Shown here piece by piece: positions 11,417 to 21,924 of a DNA stretch of 64,000 nucleotides. The notes beneath the pieces were generated by a model. That model was not told the DNA's origin. It worked only from the letters and a program-made list of their open reading frames with translations, and did not search any database. The translations under genes were made by a program, and so were the position numbers. This DNA comes from an uncultured Desulfobacter sp. (lineage in GTDB: Bacteria; Desulfobacterota; Desulfobacteria; Desulfobacterales; Desulfobacteraceae). The DNA lies in assembly GCA_963665095.1 (NCBI GenBank), contig OY762069.1:2528001-2592000 (forward strand). The letters are read 5' to 3'. Position 1 is the first letter of the stretch; each line of letters starts with the position of its first letter.

Positions 11417-13069
11417 ATGGAAAAATCGACTATAAATAACTCGCCGGTTCAGGTCAGCCGCGATCTTCTGGACAGGTTGATCTCCCTGGCCGGAGAACTT
11501 GTACTGGGCCGAAATCAGCTTATCCAGGGAATCAATAATTGCGACATGGCAGTGATTGCAACATCCGGGCAGAGTATTGACCTCATCACATCTGAGATCC
11601 AGGATGCCATCATGCAGACCCGGATGCAGTCCCTTGCCGGCCTTTTTGAAAATATAAGTCATAAATTCGGAGATCAGGTCAGACTTGATAAAAATGGCAA
11701 AGCAGTTTTTCTTGACAGAACCATCCTTGAGGCCATCCGGGACCCCCTATATGCACTTATTGAAATTTTTGTTCAAAATAAGACAGAATCTTTTCAAACC
11801 CAAAGCCCGGATGACAGCCCAATTGTGTTAAAATCACTCCAGGAGACAGGCCAGGTGAATATCGTTGTCTCGGCTGCAAATGTTTTGCTTTCGCCAACCC
11901 ATGTTCCCGGCCATATCACTTCCACCATTGAAGCGTTCGGCGGCATGATTGAGGTGGAATCTTTGAACAATAAAAGTTCAGTTTATATTAAATTGCCTTT
12001 GACGCTTTCAATTATTCCAAGTCAGATGATTTCCATTGGAGAAGAGCAGTTTGCGCTCCCGCAGACAAATCTAAGTGAGCTTTTAAGAATTCCAGCCGCA
12101 GAGGTAAAAAACAGAATTGAAAAAATCGGAGATGCGGACGTGATACGGCTTCGGGGAGATCTGATGCCGCTGCTCAGGCTGTCTGACCTGCTAGGAATTG
12201 AAAAAAGCTATCTGAATTCTGAAACAGGACAACAGACCCCTGACCGCAGAATAAGTGTGGCGGATCGCCGCTCCAGAAAACATTCCACCGACGGCAGCAT
12301 GATGCCCGCCCAAGAAACAACAGATAAGGCAAATACACAAGAACGGGAAAAAACTGACCGGCGGCAGCATCGGTCCAGTGTCACCAATATCGCCATTGTA
12401 TCTGCAGGCAATTATAAATACGGGCTTGTGGTTGATAAATTCCATGATTCCGAAGAAATTGTTGTCAAACCGGTGGGGCGCCACTTGAAAGGGTATAAGG
12501 CATATGCCGGGGCCACCATTATGGGAGACGGAAAAGTGTGCCTGATTCTTGATATTTTGAACCTGGCACAGATGGCGGAACTGTCTACGGTGTCGGAATC
12601 AAAGCAGATCTCAGACAATCTGGCCCCGGACGCCGTATCACAAAAAGATAAAGAAGCCATTGTTCTATTTAAAAATATGGACACTGAATATTTTGCGGCG
12701 TCTTTTGAACATGTCCACAGAATTGAACGAGTCTCGACCGCCGATATTGAACTGGTAGAAAATCAGACGATTATACAATACCGTGGTAAAGCACTCAGGC
12801 TTTATGAAGTTTCTGACATCGCCGATGTCAAGGTCCCGCCAAAAAGGGATCTGCAGGAGGTGATTGTATTTAACGTCGATGGCAAAGAGTTTGGACTCAT
12901 GGTATCGCCGCCTGTGGATATTCTTGAACTGCACCTGGACGTTGATGAAAATAATTTCAAGCAGCTTGGAATTAAGGGCACCATGACTATTCACGGCCAT
13001 ACCACCCTTGTACTGGACATTCCGGAAACCGCTGAAATGCTTTATATGGAGAGGTGCAATTATGTTTAA
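11417..13069 (+). CDS. CheA-like protein: dimerisation domain, degenerate ATPase and two CheW domains, no HPt
   Basis: LLDRLISLAGELVLGRNQL dimerisation helix, KLPLTLSII, EEIVVKP..GATIMGDG..LILD; N and G boxes not recognisable. Confidence 0.85.
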   Translation: MEKSTINNSPVQVSRDLLDRLISLAGELVLGRNQLIQGINNCDMAVIATSGQSIDLITSEIQDAIMQTRMQSLAGLFENISHKFGDQVRLDKNGKAVFLDRTILEAIRDPLYALIEIFVQNKTESFQTQSPDDSPIVLKSLQETGQVNIVVSAANVLLSPTHVPGHITSTIEAFGGMIEVESLNNKSSVYIKLPLTLSIIPSQMISIGEEQFALPQTNLSELLRIPAAEVKNRIEKIGDADVIRLRGDLMPLLRLSDLLGIEKSYLNSETGQQTPDRRISVADRRSRKHSTDGSMMPAQETTDKANTQEREKTDRRQHRSSVTNIAIVSAGNYKYGLVVDKFHDSEEIVVKPVGRHLKGYKAYAGATIMGDGKVCLILDILNLAQMAELSTVSESKQISDNLAPDAVSQKDKEAIVLFKNMDTEYFAASFEHVHRIERVSTADIELVENQTIIQYRGKALRLYEVSDIADVKVPPKRDLQEVIVFNVDGKEFGLMVSPPVDILELHLDVDENNFKQLGIKGTMTIHGHTTLVLDIPETAEMLYMERCNYV

Positions 13070-13511
13070 CAACCAAGAAAAAGCTGCTTCCATGGCAGCA
13101 GATATTTCCACCTTTTTTATAGGTGACGCTGTGCTGGGGATCAACATTCTGGCAATACAGGAAATAAACAAACCTTTAGAGATCACAAAGGTCCCGTTAT
13201 CCACAGACACTATTGACGGGGTCATGAATTTAAGGGGAAATATTGTGACGGTTCTGAATACAGGCAAAATACTTGGACTGCCTGGTTTAAAAGAACGAAA
13301 GGATCAAAGAATTATAATTGTTGACTCAAAGGGGGAGTATGTCGGGCTGATTGTGGATGCGATCGGTGATGTTGTTCAGGCAGATAAAAACGATATAAAA
13401 CCGCCCCCTCCCAACATTGACCATTTAAATAAAGACTATTTTCATGGGGTTCTGGAAAAAACAGATTCCCTGATCGGCATTCTGGACACTGACAAATTAA
13501 TTGGGGCTTAA
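13062..13511 (+). CDS. cheW: Chemotaxis coupling protein CheW
   Basis: ITKVP..GVMNLRGNIV, GLIVDAIGDV; start overlaps the upstream stop. Confidence 0.93.
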   Translation: MFNNQEKAASMAADISTFFIGDAVLGINILAIQEINKPLEITKVPLSTDTIDGVMNLRGNIVTVLNTGKILGLPGLKERKDQRIIIVDSKGEYVGLIVDAIGDVVQADKNDIKPPPPNIDHLNKDYFHGVLEKTDSLIGILDTDKLIGA

Positions 13512-13569
13512 ATATAAATCCGGGCTTTAACTTGGCCTTACTCAGATGGATTTGCTTAATTGGGCTGAC

Positions 13570-13860
13570 TCATTGGCCGGCCCCGGGTTTAGCACCCCCC
13601 GAAAAACGACCTTTAATATAGGCAAAAAACCGTCTCCAATCCTGGAGACACAGGGCAAAAAAGGCCCCTACCCCTCCTGCCGATGCCATGCCCACAGGAC
13701 ACCCCTGCTGCCCGCAGAAGGGGCAGACTGAAAACATGGCATATAGGCCGGTAATACCAAACCAGGAGGCAAAAAACCGGAACAAGTGCCCGAACAAAGA
13801 CAGCTTTAGTTTATCATGACCGCCATGAATCTGTTCAATTTGAGATATCTTTTTTTCCAT
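13570..13860 (-). CDS. Small membrane protein with a CPFCGxxGC motif
   Basis: 96 aa from the ATG at 13860; two hydrophobic segments flank VCPFCGQQGCPVG. Confidence 0.6.
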   Translation of the reverse strand: MEKKISQIEQIHGGHDKLKLSLFGHLFRFFASWFGITGLYAMFSVCPFCGQQGCPVGMASAGGVGAFFALCLQDWRRFFAYIKGRFSGGAKPGAGQ

Positions 13861-13979
13861 TGTAAGGGTCCGCCAGTTCCTGTTTACCGTAAAACTACTA
13901 TGCGTATACTGACAGCAAAAATACCACACCAGACCGCCAATTTGGAGTATAAACTTATATAAAAGAGGAATACCCACCC

Positions 13980-14360
13980 ATGAAAATAATTTTACATGCA
14001 CTTAAAGGGTATGAATTCAGGGATCAGCTGAAAAAAAAGATTGAGCAGGCGTTTCCCCATGGCCAGGTGATTCTGGCAGACTCAGGGCAGCATTTATGCG
14101 AAACACTTGGCCGGCCATTACACAAGGTTTCCGTATTGATTGCGTTTATTTCCGATTCAGAGGATGTCGGTACCCTCTCCCATTTAAAACCACTGCTCGA
14201 AAACATCAAAATGATACTTATTTTCTGTAGACAAAGTGACGAGATTCAAAGGGCTGCGCTCCGGCTGGAACCCTTGTATACCAGCCATTCCGCAACGAAT
14301 TTCCAGGATGTTATTTCAGTTTTACAGCGCATTGAACAAAAACAGATACGCCCAGTATAA
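13980..14360 (+). CDS. Small alpha/beta protein, paralog of 8734-9126
   Basis: Shared LADSGQHL, RPLH, LRLEPLYTSHS and FQDVISVLQRIEQKQ. Confidence 0.78.
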   Translation: MKIILHALKGYEFRDQLKKKIEQAFPHGQVILADSGQHLCETLGRPLHKVSVLIAFISDSEDVGTLSHLKPLLENIKMILIFCRQSDEIQRAALRLEPLYTSHSATNFQDVISVLQRIEQKQIRPV

Positions 14361-14468
14361 AATTGTCAAGATGGTTGGCGCCCGATTGCAGAAAACAAAC
14401 AGGCGCCCTGAAAAAAATATCCAGCGCATCCTAAGGCATATTCATGTGATTTAATCTGATCCCAAGCC

Positions 14469-15227
14469 TTACCCTGGACCGGATATCAAAACCAGCCCGC
14501 AGGCAGGTTTCATTTCAGAGGAGTCCGAAGACCATCCGGCAAGGGCCATAAGCTTTCTTACATTGATGCCGAAACCGGACATGGACTGTCTGGCAACATC
14601 AGGATTTCTGCAGTCTCCTTTACCTGAAATCACATTGCAATTGAGATATTCGCCGCAAAACAGCTTTTTGCAGGATCCGGCCGCATATGCCTTTGACCGG
14701 ATATAACCCATCTGTTTTGCGTTTTCTTCAATGCTGGATCCAATGTGGTGCAGCAACCGGAATATTTCAATCCGCTGATAGGAATACATGATGTCTGAAG
14801 GGACGGTTATTCTAAAAACAATGGCATCTGAACAAGAATTAATTCGTTTGCGAAACCCCTTGGGACCGCTTACATGGGGCGGACAGCTAAGGGAGGCCCC
14901 GTAACCTTCACACTGGGGATTTTCACATAACAAGGCAAGTTCCCGGCTGGTTTCAATTTGGTCCGCTTTAATGCAGGCTGCATCTGATGCGCCAGACTGA
15001 TACGCTGCCTGCAACAGCAATTCAATATTTTTTGGGGTGTGACGCTTGGAAAATTTTTCTTCGGCCCCGTCTGATGCAGACCGGATTGACAGGTATTCCT
15101 GCCAGGGATTGCACACAGGTTCTGCCGTGCAAAGGCTGTCAATATAACAGTCTTCACACATAATTTTATCCATGTGGCTTCGCGCGTCATCTTCTTTGAT
15201 TGCCCTATGGCAGCTTTGACATTTCAT
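14469..15227 (-). CDS. Cys-rich metal-binding protein (DUF2284-like) with an N-terminal zinc finger
   Basis: CxxC..CxxC N-terminus; C..C..YG..LSCPP, GSCKKLFC, SMSGFGINV. Confidence 0.75.
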   Translation of the reverse strand: MKCQSCHRAIKEDDARSHMDKIMCEDCYIDSLCTAEPVCNPWQEYLSIRSASDGAEEKFSKRHTPKNIELLLQAAYQSGASDAACIKADQIETSRELALLCENPQCEGYGASLSCPPHVSGPKGFRKRINSCSDAIVFRITVPSDIMYSYQRIEIFRLLHHIGSSIEENAKQMGYIRSKAYAAGSCKKLFCGEYLNCNVISGKGDCRNPDVARQSMSGFGINVRKLMALAGWSSDSSEMKPACGLVLISGPG

Positions 15228-15360
15228 TAAGGTTTCCCCTTGCCATTGAGATAAAGCAGAGTCACAGCAGCCCCTTTTTCCAATGCTGTTTTGTTAAACA
15301 TCCCGGCCATGGCGGCGGTACTGTCCCTGCGTCTGGGACTGCCAAGCGATGTGACAATAT

Positions 15361-15849
15361 TCATAAGCCTTTTTTTTGTTTCAATCCCTTTTGTATTTTT
15401 TTCATCAACCTGATTGACTCCTTGATTTCAGCATCATTCAGCATGTCAAAATAGCCGTGACTCAACTGGCTCAAAGCCGTTACACACTGTTTCCACAGCC
15501 CTGCCCCCTGGCTTGTCTCCGAAAGAAGGGTGGATCTTCTGTCACCTGGATATACTGTCAAGCCAACCAGATGTCTGTCCTGGAACATCTTGACAATTTT
15601 GGAAATATTGGATTTTTCAAACAGAAGCGTTTCGCATATCATTTTCTGGCTCACCGGCCCGTTCCAGATAATTTCGTCCAGCACAACAAACTGCTGGTAC
15701 TTAAGGCCAAAGGGTGCAAGCACCTGATTGACCTCCCGTTGCAGGAACTGACTGCATTTTAAAAATTCCAGGACCAGCCGAAACTCTTTTCCGGTGCAAA
15801 TTGATCCTGCATTATTCTGTTGTTCATCATGTTCATCAGACAGTGCCAT
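15361..15849 (-). CDS. MarR-family transcriptional regulator
   Basis: FGLKYQQFVVL, EKSNISKIV, DRRS wing motif. Confidence 0.88.
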   Translation of the reverse strand: MALSDEHDEQQNNAGSICTGKEFRLVLEFLKCSQFLQREVNQVLAPFGLKYQQFVVLDEIIWNGPVSQKMICETLLFEKSNISKIVKMFQDRHLVGLTVYPGDRRSTLLSETSQGAGLWKQCVTALSQLSHGYFDMLNDAEIKESIRLMKKIQKGLKQKKGL

Positions 15850-16030
15850 GATCAGAAGTCCCTGAATTAGGTAAAATTCGGTCACCGATAAACTTAGCCC
15901 ATGGATATAGTTTCCATGGAAACCAATAGCTTTATTTGGTTTCCACGTCAACTATTTTTTTATGACAGAAAAAGGAAGGGGAAAAAGGGCCGGCACAGCT
16001 GCCGGCCCCCCAAAAAACGTCAGGAAGGGG

Positions 16031-16990
16031 TTATGCGCTCAGTTCTTTGGTGATGGCCGGCACCACTTTGAACAGATCATCCACAATGCAGTAGTCTGCC
16101 ACCTTGAAGATCAGGGCGTCGGGATCGTTATTTACAGCCACGATGATATCGGAAGTTGACATGCCCGCCACATGCTGCATGGCACCGGAGATGCCGCAGG
16201 CAATGTAGAGTTTGGGGGAGACCACCTTGCCGGTCTGGCCCACCTGGTCGGACTGGGGCCGCCAGCCAAGGTCCACGGCATTTCTGGAAGCGCCCACCAC
16301 CCCGCCAAGGGCCTTTGCAAGGTCTTCAAGGATGGTGAAATCCTCGCTTTCCAAGCCCCTTCCGCCGGAGACGATATAGTCGGCTTCGGTGAGATCGGCT
16401 TTGGCAGATACTTCCACCTTTTCCTCAAGCAGCGTGACATTGGATGCAGGGATGTCCACGGCCACAGCAGCCATGTCGCCCTTGCCGTCACAGGGGGTGA
16501 CCTCAAAGACATTGGGACGGATGGAGACCATCTGGATGTCGCCCTCAATATCCACAGTGGCAATGACCTTGCCGCCGTACAAGGCCCTTCTGGCCACCAG
16601 ACGCCCCTCTTCCACGAACAGATCGGAACACGCCACAGCCAGTCCGCAGTCAAGTTGAGCTGCCACACCGGCGGAGAGCTCCCGGCCCTGACGGGTGGCA
16701 CCGAAAATAACAATGCCGGGCTGTTTTTCTTCGATCACTTTACAGGTGATCTGTTCGTACTCCCAGGGGCGATATGAAGAGAGGGCAGCATCATCAGCGG
16801 TAAGGATCAGGTCGGCACCAAAGCCTGCGAGCGTTCTTGCCGTTGCATATATATTGTTTCCCAGAACCAGGCAGGTCAGGCCGCACCCTTTTTCATCGGC
16901 CAGCCTGCGACCGATGCAGGCGGCTTCCAAAGAAATTTTTCGAAAGTCACCATTCCAGATTTCAGTGACCACCAGTATATCGTTTGACAT
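16031..16990 (-). CDS. etfA: Electron transfer flavoprotein alpha subunit
   Basis: VSGGRG, GASR, QVGQTGKVVSPKLYIACGISGAMQH. Confidence 0.97.
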   Translation of the reverse strand: MSNDILVVTEIWNGDFRKISLEAACIGRRLADEKGCGLTCLVLGNNIYATARTLAGFGADLILTADDAALSSYRPWEYEQITCKVIEEKQPGIVIFGATRQGRELSAGVAAQLDCGLAVACSDLFVEEGRLVARRALYGGKVIATVDIEGDIQMVSIRPNVFEVTPCDGKGDMAAVAVDIPASNVTLLEEKVEVSAKADLTEADYIVSGGRGLESEDFTILEDLAKALGGVVGASRNAVDLGWRPQSDQVGQTGKVVSPKLYIACGISGAMQHVAGMSTSDIIVAVNNDPDALIFKVADYCIVDDLFKVVPAITKELSA

Positions 16991-17007
16991 GGATTGTTTC
17001 TCCTTTT

Positions 17008-17802
17008 TTAAATGATGCGGGCTTCTTCTTTAAGAAGCCTGACCAGCTCTTTGGCCTTTTCTTCCGGGGTGCGGCCCGGTACCACTTTGCCGTCGCCACG
17101 CCGGGCCGGGTATTCCAGGGTACGAATTTTCACTTTGGGGGACAGCGCTTCGGGGTCAAGACCAAGGCCTTCAATATCCCTTGTATCCACTTTTTTCTTT
17201 TTCGCCTTCATGATGGCGCGAAAGTTGGGATAACGGGGGTCATTCAGCCCGCGGTTGGCCGTGATGATGGCAGGACGTGATGCTTTCACAACGGCGGTTC
17301 CGCCATCCACGGCCTGTTCACAGACAATGGCGCCATCTTCAAGGGTCAGTTTGGTGACAAGGTTCACCATGGGCATGCCGCACATCTTTGAAATAAGCGC
17401 CGGGACCTGGTAGTTGTCATCATCCACGGCCCTTGCCCCTGCGATGATCAGGTCACAGGGCATCTCTTTCAGGGCTGTGGCAAGGATGGTTGACGTTGTG
17501 TGGGCATCTGTTGCGGCAAACGTACCCTCATCCACTTCATCATCGATGTGAATGGCAGTGTCAACGCCCATGGCATAGGCCACACGGATCGCTTCCGATA
17601 CCCGTTCCGGCCCCACAGTCAAAACAGTGACCGTCACATCGTCACGGCGCTCCTTGATCAGCAGCGCCTCTTCCAGTGCAAATTCATCGTAGGGGTTGAT
17701 GGCCCATTTTAACTCTTCCGTATCAAGACAGGTGCCGCAGGAAGCGATCTCAACCGGTGCTTCAGTGTCCGGTACCTGTTTCATTAGAACTATGATATCC
17801 AT
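17008..17802 (-). CDS. etfB: Electron transfer flavoprotein beta subunit
   Basis: KQVPDT, INPYDEFALEEA, NDPRYP. Confidence 0.96.
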   Translation of the reverse strand: MDIIVLMKQVPDTEAPVEIASCGTCLDTEELKWAINPYDEFALEEALLIKERRDDVTVTVLTVGPERVSEAIRVAYAMGVDTAIHIDDEVDEGTFAATDAHTTSTILATALKEMPCDLIIAGARAVDDDNYQVPALISKMCGMPMVNLVTKLTLEDGAIVCEQAVDGGTAVVKASRPAIITANRGLNDPRYPNFRAIMKAKKKKVDTRDIEGLGLDPEALSPKVKIRTLEYPARRGDGKVVPGRTPEEKAKELVRLLKEEARII

Positions 17803-17876
17803 ATCTTGGTTTTCCTTTAAAAGGGGTGCCGGCAGCCCCGGCGTAACAGGGCTGCCCATTGTACAAGGGTAAAGTC

Positions 17877-20321
17877 TTACATTTTGGTTCTCAGGTTTTT
17901 GGGGTCATAGGCAGAAGAAAGGTGCAGGGTGGCAGATCTTAGCACCCCTTCCACCATGATCTGGTAAGTGCCCTGGGTCAGCCACTCTTTGGTCACGCCT
18001 TCCGGGTTTTTCAGATACCCTAGGGCACAGGCAGCGCCCACCTCAAATCCGTAGGCACCCGAGGTGCAGGTGCTGTTGAGCTCACCGTTTCTAAAAATGG
18101 GTTCGTTGCCGTAGAGCATGATATCGGGCTCATCCAGGGTGAACATGACAAGTTTGCGTGAAAGGGGTTTTCCCTTTTGTTCGGCCAGGGCAGCCTTGCC
18201 GATGAAATCATCTTTTGAAAGCTTGACGCCAAAGCCCAATCCCGCCTCATAGGGGGTGTCGTCCGGGGTGATGTCGGACTCCCAGTGGCGGTAGCCGGTC
18301 TCAAGACGAAGGGAGTTCACCGCCTGCATACCCACAGGTTTCAGGCCGTATTTCTTTCCTTTCTCCATGATGGTGTCAAAGGCGGCAAGCGTATGGTTGG
18401 TGGGGATGTAAAGCTCCCAGCCAAGTTCCCCCACATAGGACATGCGAACCGCTAAACACCGGGTGTATGCCAGATCCATCTCTTTGGCGGTGGAAAAGGG
18501 AAAGGCCTCATTGGAAAGGTCTTCACTGGTCAAATCGCTTAAAAGATCCCGGGATTTCGGCCCCATCACCGCCAGCATGGCATAGCCGTGGGTCACGTCA
18601 ATAATGGTGCAGATGGCGTCTTTGGGGATGCGGCGCTTGATGTAGTCAAGATCCCGCACAGGGGTGCCGGCTGCCGTGACAATGAAAAAGGTCTCATCGT
18701 CAATTTTTGATACAGTGATATCGGTTTCAAATCCGCCGCGCTCGTTGACCACCGGGGTATAGGTCACGGTGCCGGCAGGGCCTGCGATATCGTTGGTGCA
18801 GATGTTCTGGAGCACGGACTGGGCATCCCGGCCCTGGACCATGAACTTGCCCATGGAGGTAAGATCATAGATGCCCACCCCGTGGCGGACAGCCAGGTGC
18901 TCTTCCTTCTGCCAGGGCAGCCAGTTCGGGGAGCGCCAGTCATATTTATGAACCGCCTTTTCACCCTCGGGGGCAAAGAAGTCGGCCCGCTCCCAGCCCG
19001 CGATCATGGAGAAAGCAGCCCCCATGGATTTGAGCCGGTCATGCAGGGGAGAGCAGATCACAGGGCGGGCAGTGGCGCGCTGCCGGTTGGGATAGTGCTG
19101 CTCATAAAGGATGCCCACGGACTCTTTTACCCGGTCATGCAGGTACTTGGCATTGCGCTGCCAGGGGAACCAGCGGCGGACATCCACAGGCCACAGCTGC
19201 TCTTCGGGATACCCCTGGGCCACCCACTGGGCCAGGGCCCGGCCAACGCCGGCAGACCCTGCAATCCCCACGGAGTTCATGCCGCAGCCCACAAAGAAAT
19301 TTTTCACATGGGGTACTTCACCGATCATAAAGGCGTTGTCCGGGGTGAAACTTTCCGCAGAGATCTGCAGATGCCGGATTTCAGCATCCTCAAGGGCTGG
19401 GAAGCGCTCAAACCCGCACTCCATAAAGGGCTCCAACAGATCCCAGTCCTGGTTGAGTTCGGTGAACTTCCAGCTTTCAGGGATCCCCTTCATGCCCCAG
19501 GGTTTGGCTTCCACTTCAAAACCGCCCAGAAGAATGCCGCCGGACTCTTCTTTGAAGTAGGTCACCCCGTCAAAGTCACGCACCGTGGGAAAGTGTTTTT
19601 TCAAGCCCTTGATGGGCACGGTGATGGCATGCAGATGTTCGGCCGGATGAAGGGGCAGGCATACATTGAGTTTGGCGCCGATGCTACGGCTCCACATGCC
19701 GGCACAGTTGATCAGGATCTGGCAGGAAATGTCACCGTTTTCGGTTTTCACCCCTGTGATCTCTCCGTCCTTGGCAAGGATGTCCAGCACCTTGCAGTTT
19801 TCAATGATGGTGGCACCACCGGTTTTGGCACCCTTGGCCAGGGCCTGGGTGGTGCCGATGGGGTCGACCTGGCCGTCATTGGGCAGGTAAAAGGCGGCAA
19901 TCAGCCCCTCTGTGCTCATGCCCGGCACCATATCCTGGGCCTCTTTCAAGCTGATTTCATGCATATCAATGCCAAAGGCCTTGGCCATGGCAGAGCCCTG
20001 CAGCCACTCCCGGCGGCGGTCCTCGGTCTGGCAGACGCCAATGGCACCGGTGCGGACAAAGCCTGTGTTCACGCCGGTCTCTTCGCCTAACCGGGCATAG
20101 AGCTCGGTGGCGTATTTGGCCAGGTTGGTCATCTCCTGGTTCTGGCGCAGCTGGGCCAGAAGACCGGCTGCTGCAAAGGTAGTGCCCGAGCCAAGCTCTT
20201 TTCTTTCGAGCAGCAGGACATCTTTAAAACCGGCCTTGGTAAGATGATAAGCCGTGGAGCATCCAACAATGCCGCCGCCGATGATCACGATCTGGGCCTG
20301 GGTAGGAAATTGGGAAGTCAT
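17877..20321 (-). CDS. GcvT-family FAD-dependent oxidoreductase (sarcosine/dimethylglycine dehydrogenase-like)
   Basis: IIGGGIVG FAD motif, ESFTPD, GWER, SYVGELGWELY folate-binding domain; 814 aa. Confidence 0.93.
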   Translation of the reverse strand: MTSQFPTQAQIVIIGGGIVGCSTAYHLTKAGFKDVLLLERKELGSGTTFAAAGLLAQLRQNQEMTNLAKYATELYARLGEETGVNTGFVRTGAIGVCQTEDRRREWLQGSAMAKAFGIDMHEISLKEAQDMVPGMSTEGLIAAFYLPNDGQVDPIGTTQALAKGAKTGGATIIENCKVLDILAKDGEITGVKTENGDISCQILINCAGMWSRSIGAKLNVCLPLHPAEHLHAITVPIKGLKKHFPTVRDFDGVTYFKEESGGILLGGFEVEAKPWGMKGIPESWKFTELNQDWDLLEPFMECGFERFPALEDAEIRHLQISAESFTPDNAFMIGEVPHVKNFFVGCGMNSVGIAGSAGVGRALAQWVAQGYPEEQLWPVDVRRWFPWQRNAKYLHDRVKESVGILYEQHYPNRQRATARPVICSPLHDRLKSMGAAFSMIAGWERADFFAPEGEKAVHKYDWRSPNWLPWQKEEHLAVRHGVGIYDLTSMGKFMVQGRDAQSVLQNICTNDIAGPAGTVTYTPVVNERGGFETDITVSKIDDETFFIVTAAGTPVRDLDYIKRRIPKDAICTIIDVTHGYAMLAVMGPKSRDLLSDLTSEDLSNEAFPFSTAKEMDLAYTRCLAVRMSYVGELGWELYIPTNHTLAAFDTIMEKGKKYGLKPVGMQAVNSLRLETGYRHWESDITPDDTPYEAGLGFGVKLSKDDFIGKAALAEQKGKPLSRKLVMFTLDEPDIMLYGNEPIFRNGELNSTCTSGAYGFEVGAACALGYLKNPEGVTKEWLTQGTYQIMVEGVLRSATLHLSSAYDPKNLRTKM

Positions 20322-20384
20322 TTACGTTCTCCTTACATATATATTGATTGTGCGTGGGTTTTTATTCTCTATGTCCGGTGTTGA

Positions 20385-20399
20385 GCAAACCCTGTGCCA
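20385..20399 (-). promoter_or_regulatory. sigma54 promoter of the oxidoreductase-etfBA unit
   Basis: Minus strand TGGCAC-AGGGT-TTGC. Confidence 0.85.
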
Positions 20400-20568
20400 G
20401 GGTGAAAGAATGCTTAATCGGATATATATTATTTCTTTAAAATTCAAATATTTATATTTTTATCATCCTTGTTTTCCACCCCGGTTCCAGCCCTTGTGTG
20501 AATCACTAATTCACAAAGTGATTCACAGGGACGGAATCTGATGCATGGATGAATCATCTACCTTTTCG

Positions 20569-21909
20569 CTAATACCCCATCAGGCTTGGCAGCCACAGGG
20601 AGATCCGGGGGATAAAGGCAATAATAAACACCGCAATTACAGCCACAATGGAAAAGGGAATGGCCTTAAGAGAGATCTCCTCTATGGTCACCTTGGCAAT
20701 GCCCGATGCAATGAAGAGATTTTCTCCCAAGGGCGGGGTCTGAAAGCCGATCTCACAGCAGCAGACCAGCACAATGCCGAAATGAACCGGGTCAATGCCT
20801 AAGTTGAACATCACAGGCAGAAGCACCGGTGTCAGGATCATGATGGTGGCCAGAGTCTCCATGAACATGCCCACAAAAAGCAGGAAAAAAATGATCATGG
20901 TCCAGATCAGAAAGGGATTGCGGGTAAATTCCAGCATGGCTTCGGCCACAATGGCGGGAATGCGGTTCTCCACTAAAAGACGGCCAAAAACCGTGGCGGT
21001 AAAAAGGATGAGAAGCACCCGGCCCGTAAGCCACGTACAGGTTTCAAGGGCCTTCATCACCTGCTTGACCTTCATCTCCTTGTGGATGAAAAATCCCACA
21101 AAAAGGGTGTAGAAGATGGCGATGATGGCCGATTCCGTGGGCGTGAAAAGGCCTGAATAGATGCCGCCTAAAATCACCACCGGGGCCAGGATCGCCCAGA
21201 AGCCGTCCTTAAAGGCTTTGCCCATGGCGGAAAAAGACCAGTTGTCCGTCAGCCCCTTGTATCCGTATTTTTTGCAGAGCAGGTAGTTCATGAGCATCAG
21301 ACTGATGGAGATCACCAGCCCCGGGAAAAAGCCCGCCACAAAGAGTTTGGGAATGGAGGTGGACTGAAAGGCGCCGAATTTTGCCACAGCCTCGGCCGGG
21401 GGCTGGATGCCCATGCTGGAGATCCCGTAAATTACCATGGGAATGGAAGGGGGAATCACCACGCCAAGGCCGCCCGAAGAGGCGGTGATGGCCGAAGCAT
21501 ATCCCTTGTCATAGCCGCGCTTCATCATGGCAGGGATCATGAGCATGCCCACAGCGGCTGTGGTGGCAGGCCCGGAGCCGGAGATGGCCCCGAAAAACAT
21601 GCAGGCAAGCACCGTGGCACACGAAATGCCGCCGGTCATGGGCCCTGCAAAGGATTCAGCCAGATTGACCAGGCGCCGGGAGACACCGGCCGCCTCCATC
21701 AAAGCCCCTGCCAGAATAAAGGCCGGCAGAGCCATTAACGGGAAAGAGCCCACCGAGGTAAAGGCAATCTGAACAAGTTTAATGGGGTTGTCATCCACCA
21801 CAAGGAAGGCCACCACGGCTGATACGCCAAGGGAGATGGATATGGGGGTGCCTAAAAGCAAGAGGGCGATAAAGGTGCCGAACAATATTAAAACGATCGT
21901 GGATTCCAC
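20569..21909 (-). CDS. dctM: TRAP transporter large permease
   Basis: FFGAISGSGPAT, VIPPSIP, TPTES, QTPPLG; GTG start. Confidence 0.96.
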   Translation of the reverse strand: MESTIVLILFGTFIALLLLGTPISISLGVSAVVAFLVVDDNPIKLVQIAFTSVGSFPLMALPAFILAGALMEAAGVSRRLVNLAESFAGPMTGGISCATVLACMFFGAISGSGPATTAAVGMLMIPAMMKRGYDKGYASAITASSGGLGVVIPPSIPMVIYGISSMGIQPPAEAVAKFGAFQSTSIPKLFVAGFFPGLVISISLMLMNYLLCKKYGYKGLTDNWSFSAMGKAFKDGFWAILAPVVILGGIYSGLFTPTESAIIAIFYTLFVGFFIHKEMKVKQVMKALETCTWLTGRVLLILFTATVFGRLLVENRIPAIVAEAMLEFTRNPFLIWTMIIFFLLFVGMFMETLATIMILTPVLLPVMFNLGIDPVHFGIVLVCCCEIGFQTPPLGENLFIASGIAKVTIEEISLKAIPFSIVAVIAVFIIAFIPRISLWLPSLMGY

Positions 21910-21924
21910 AGCAGCAGGCCTCCT

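Noticed and set aside
18882..20090. 402-aa plus-strand ORF and similar long antisense ORFs (5635-6234, 10528-11127, 22792-23538)
   Set aside because: They are shadow frames opposite well-supported genes and show no motifs.
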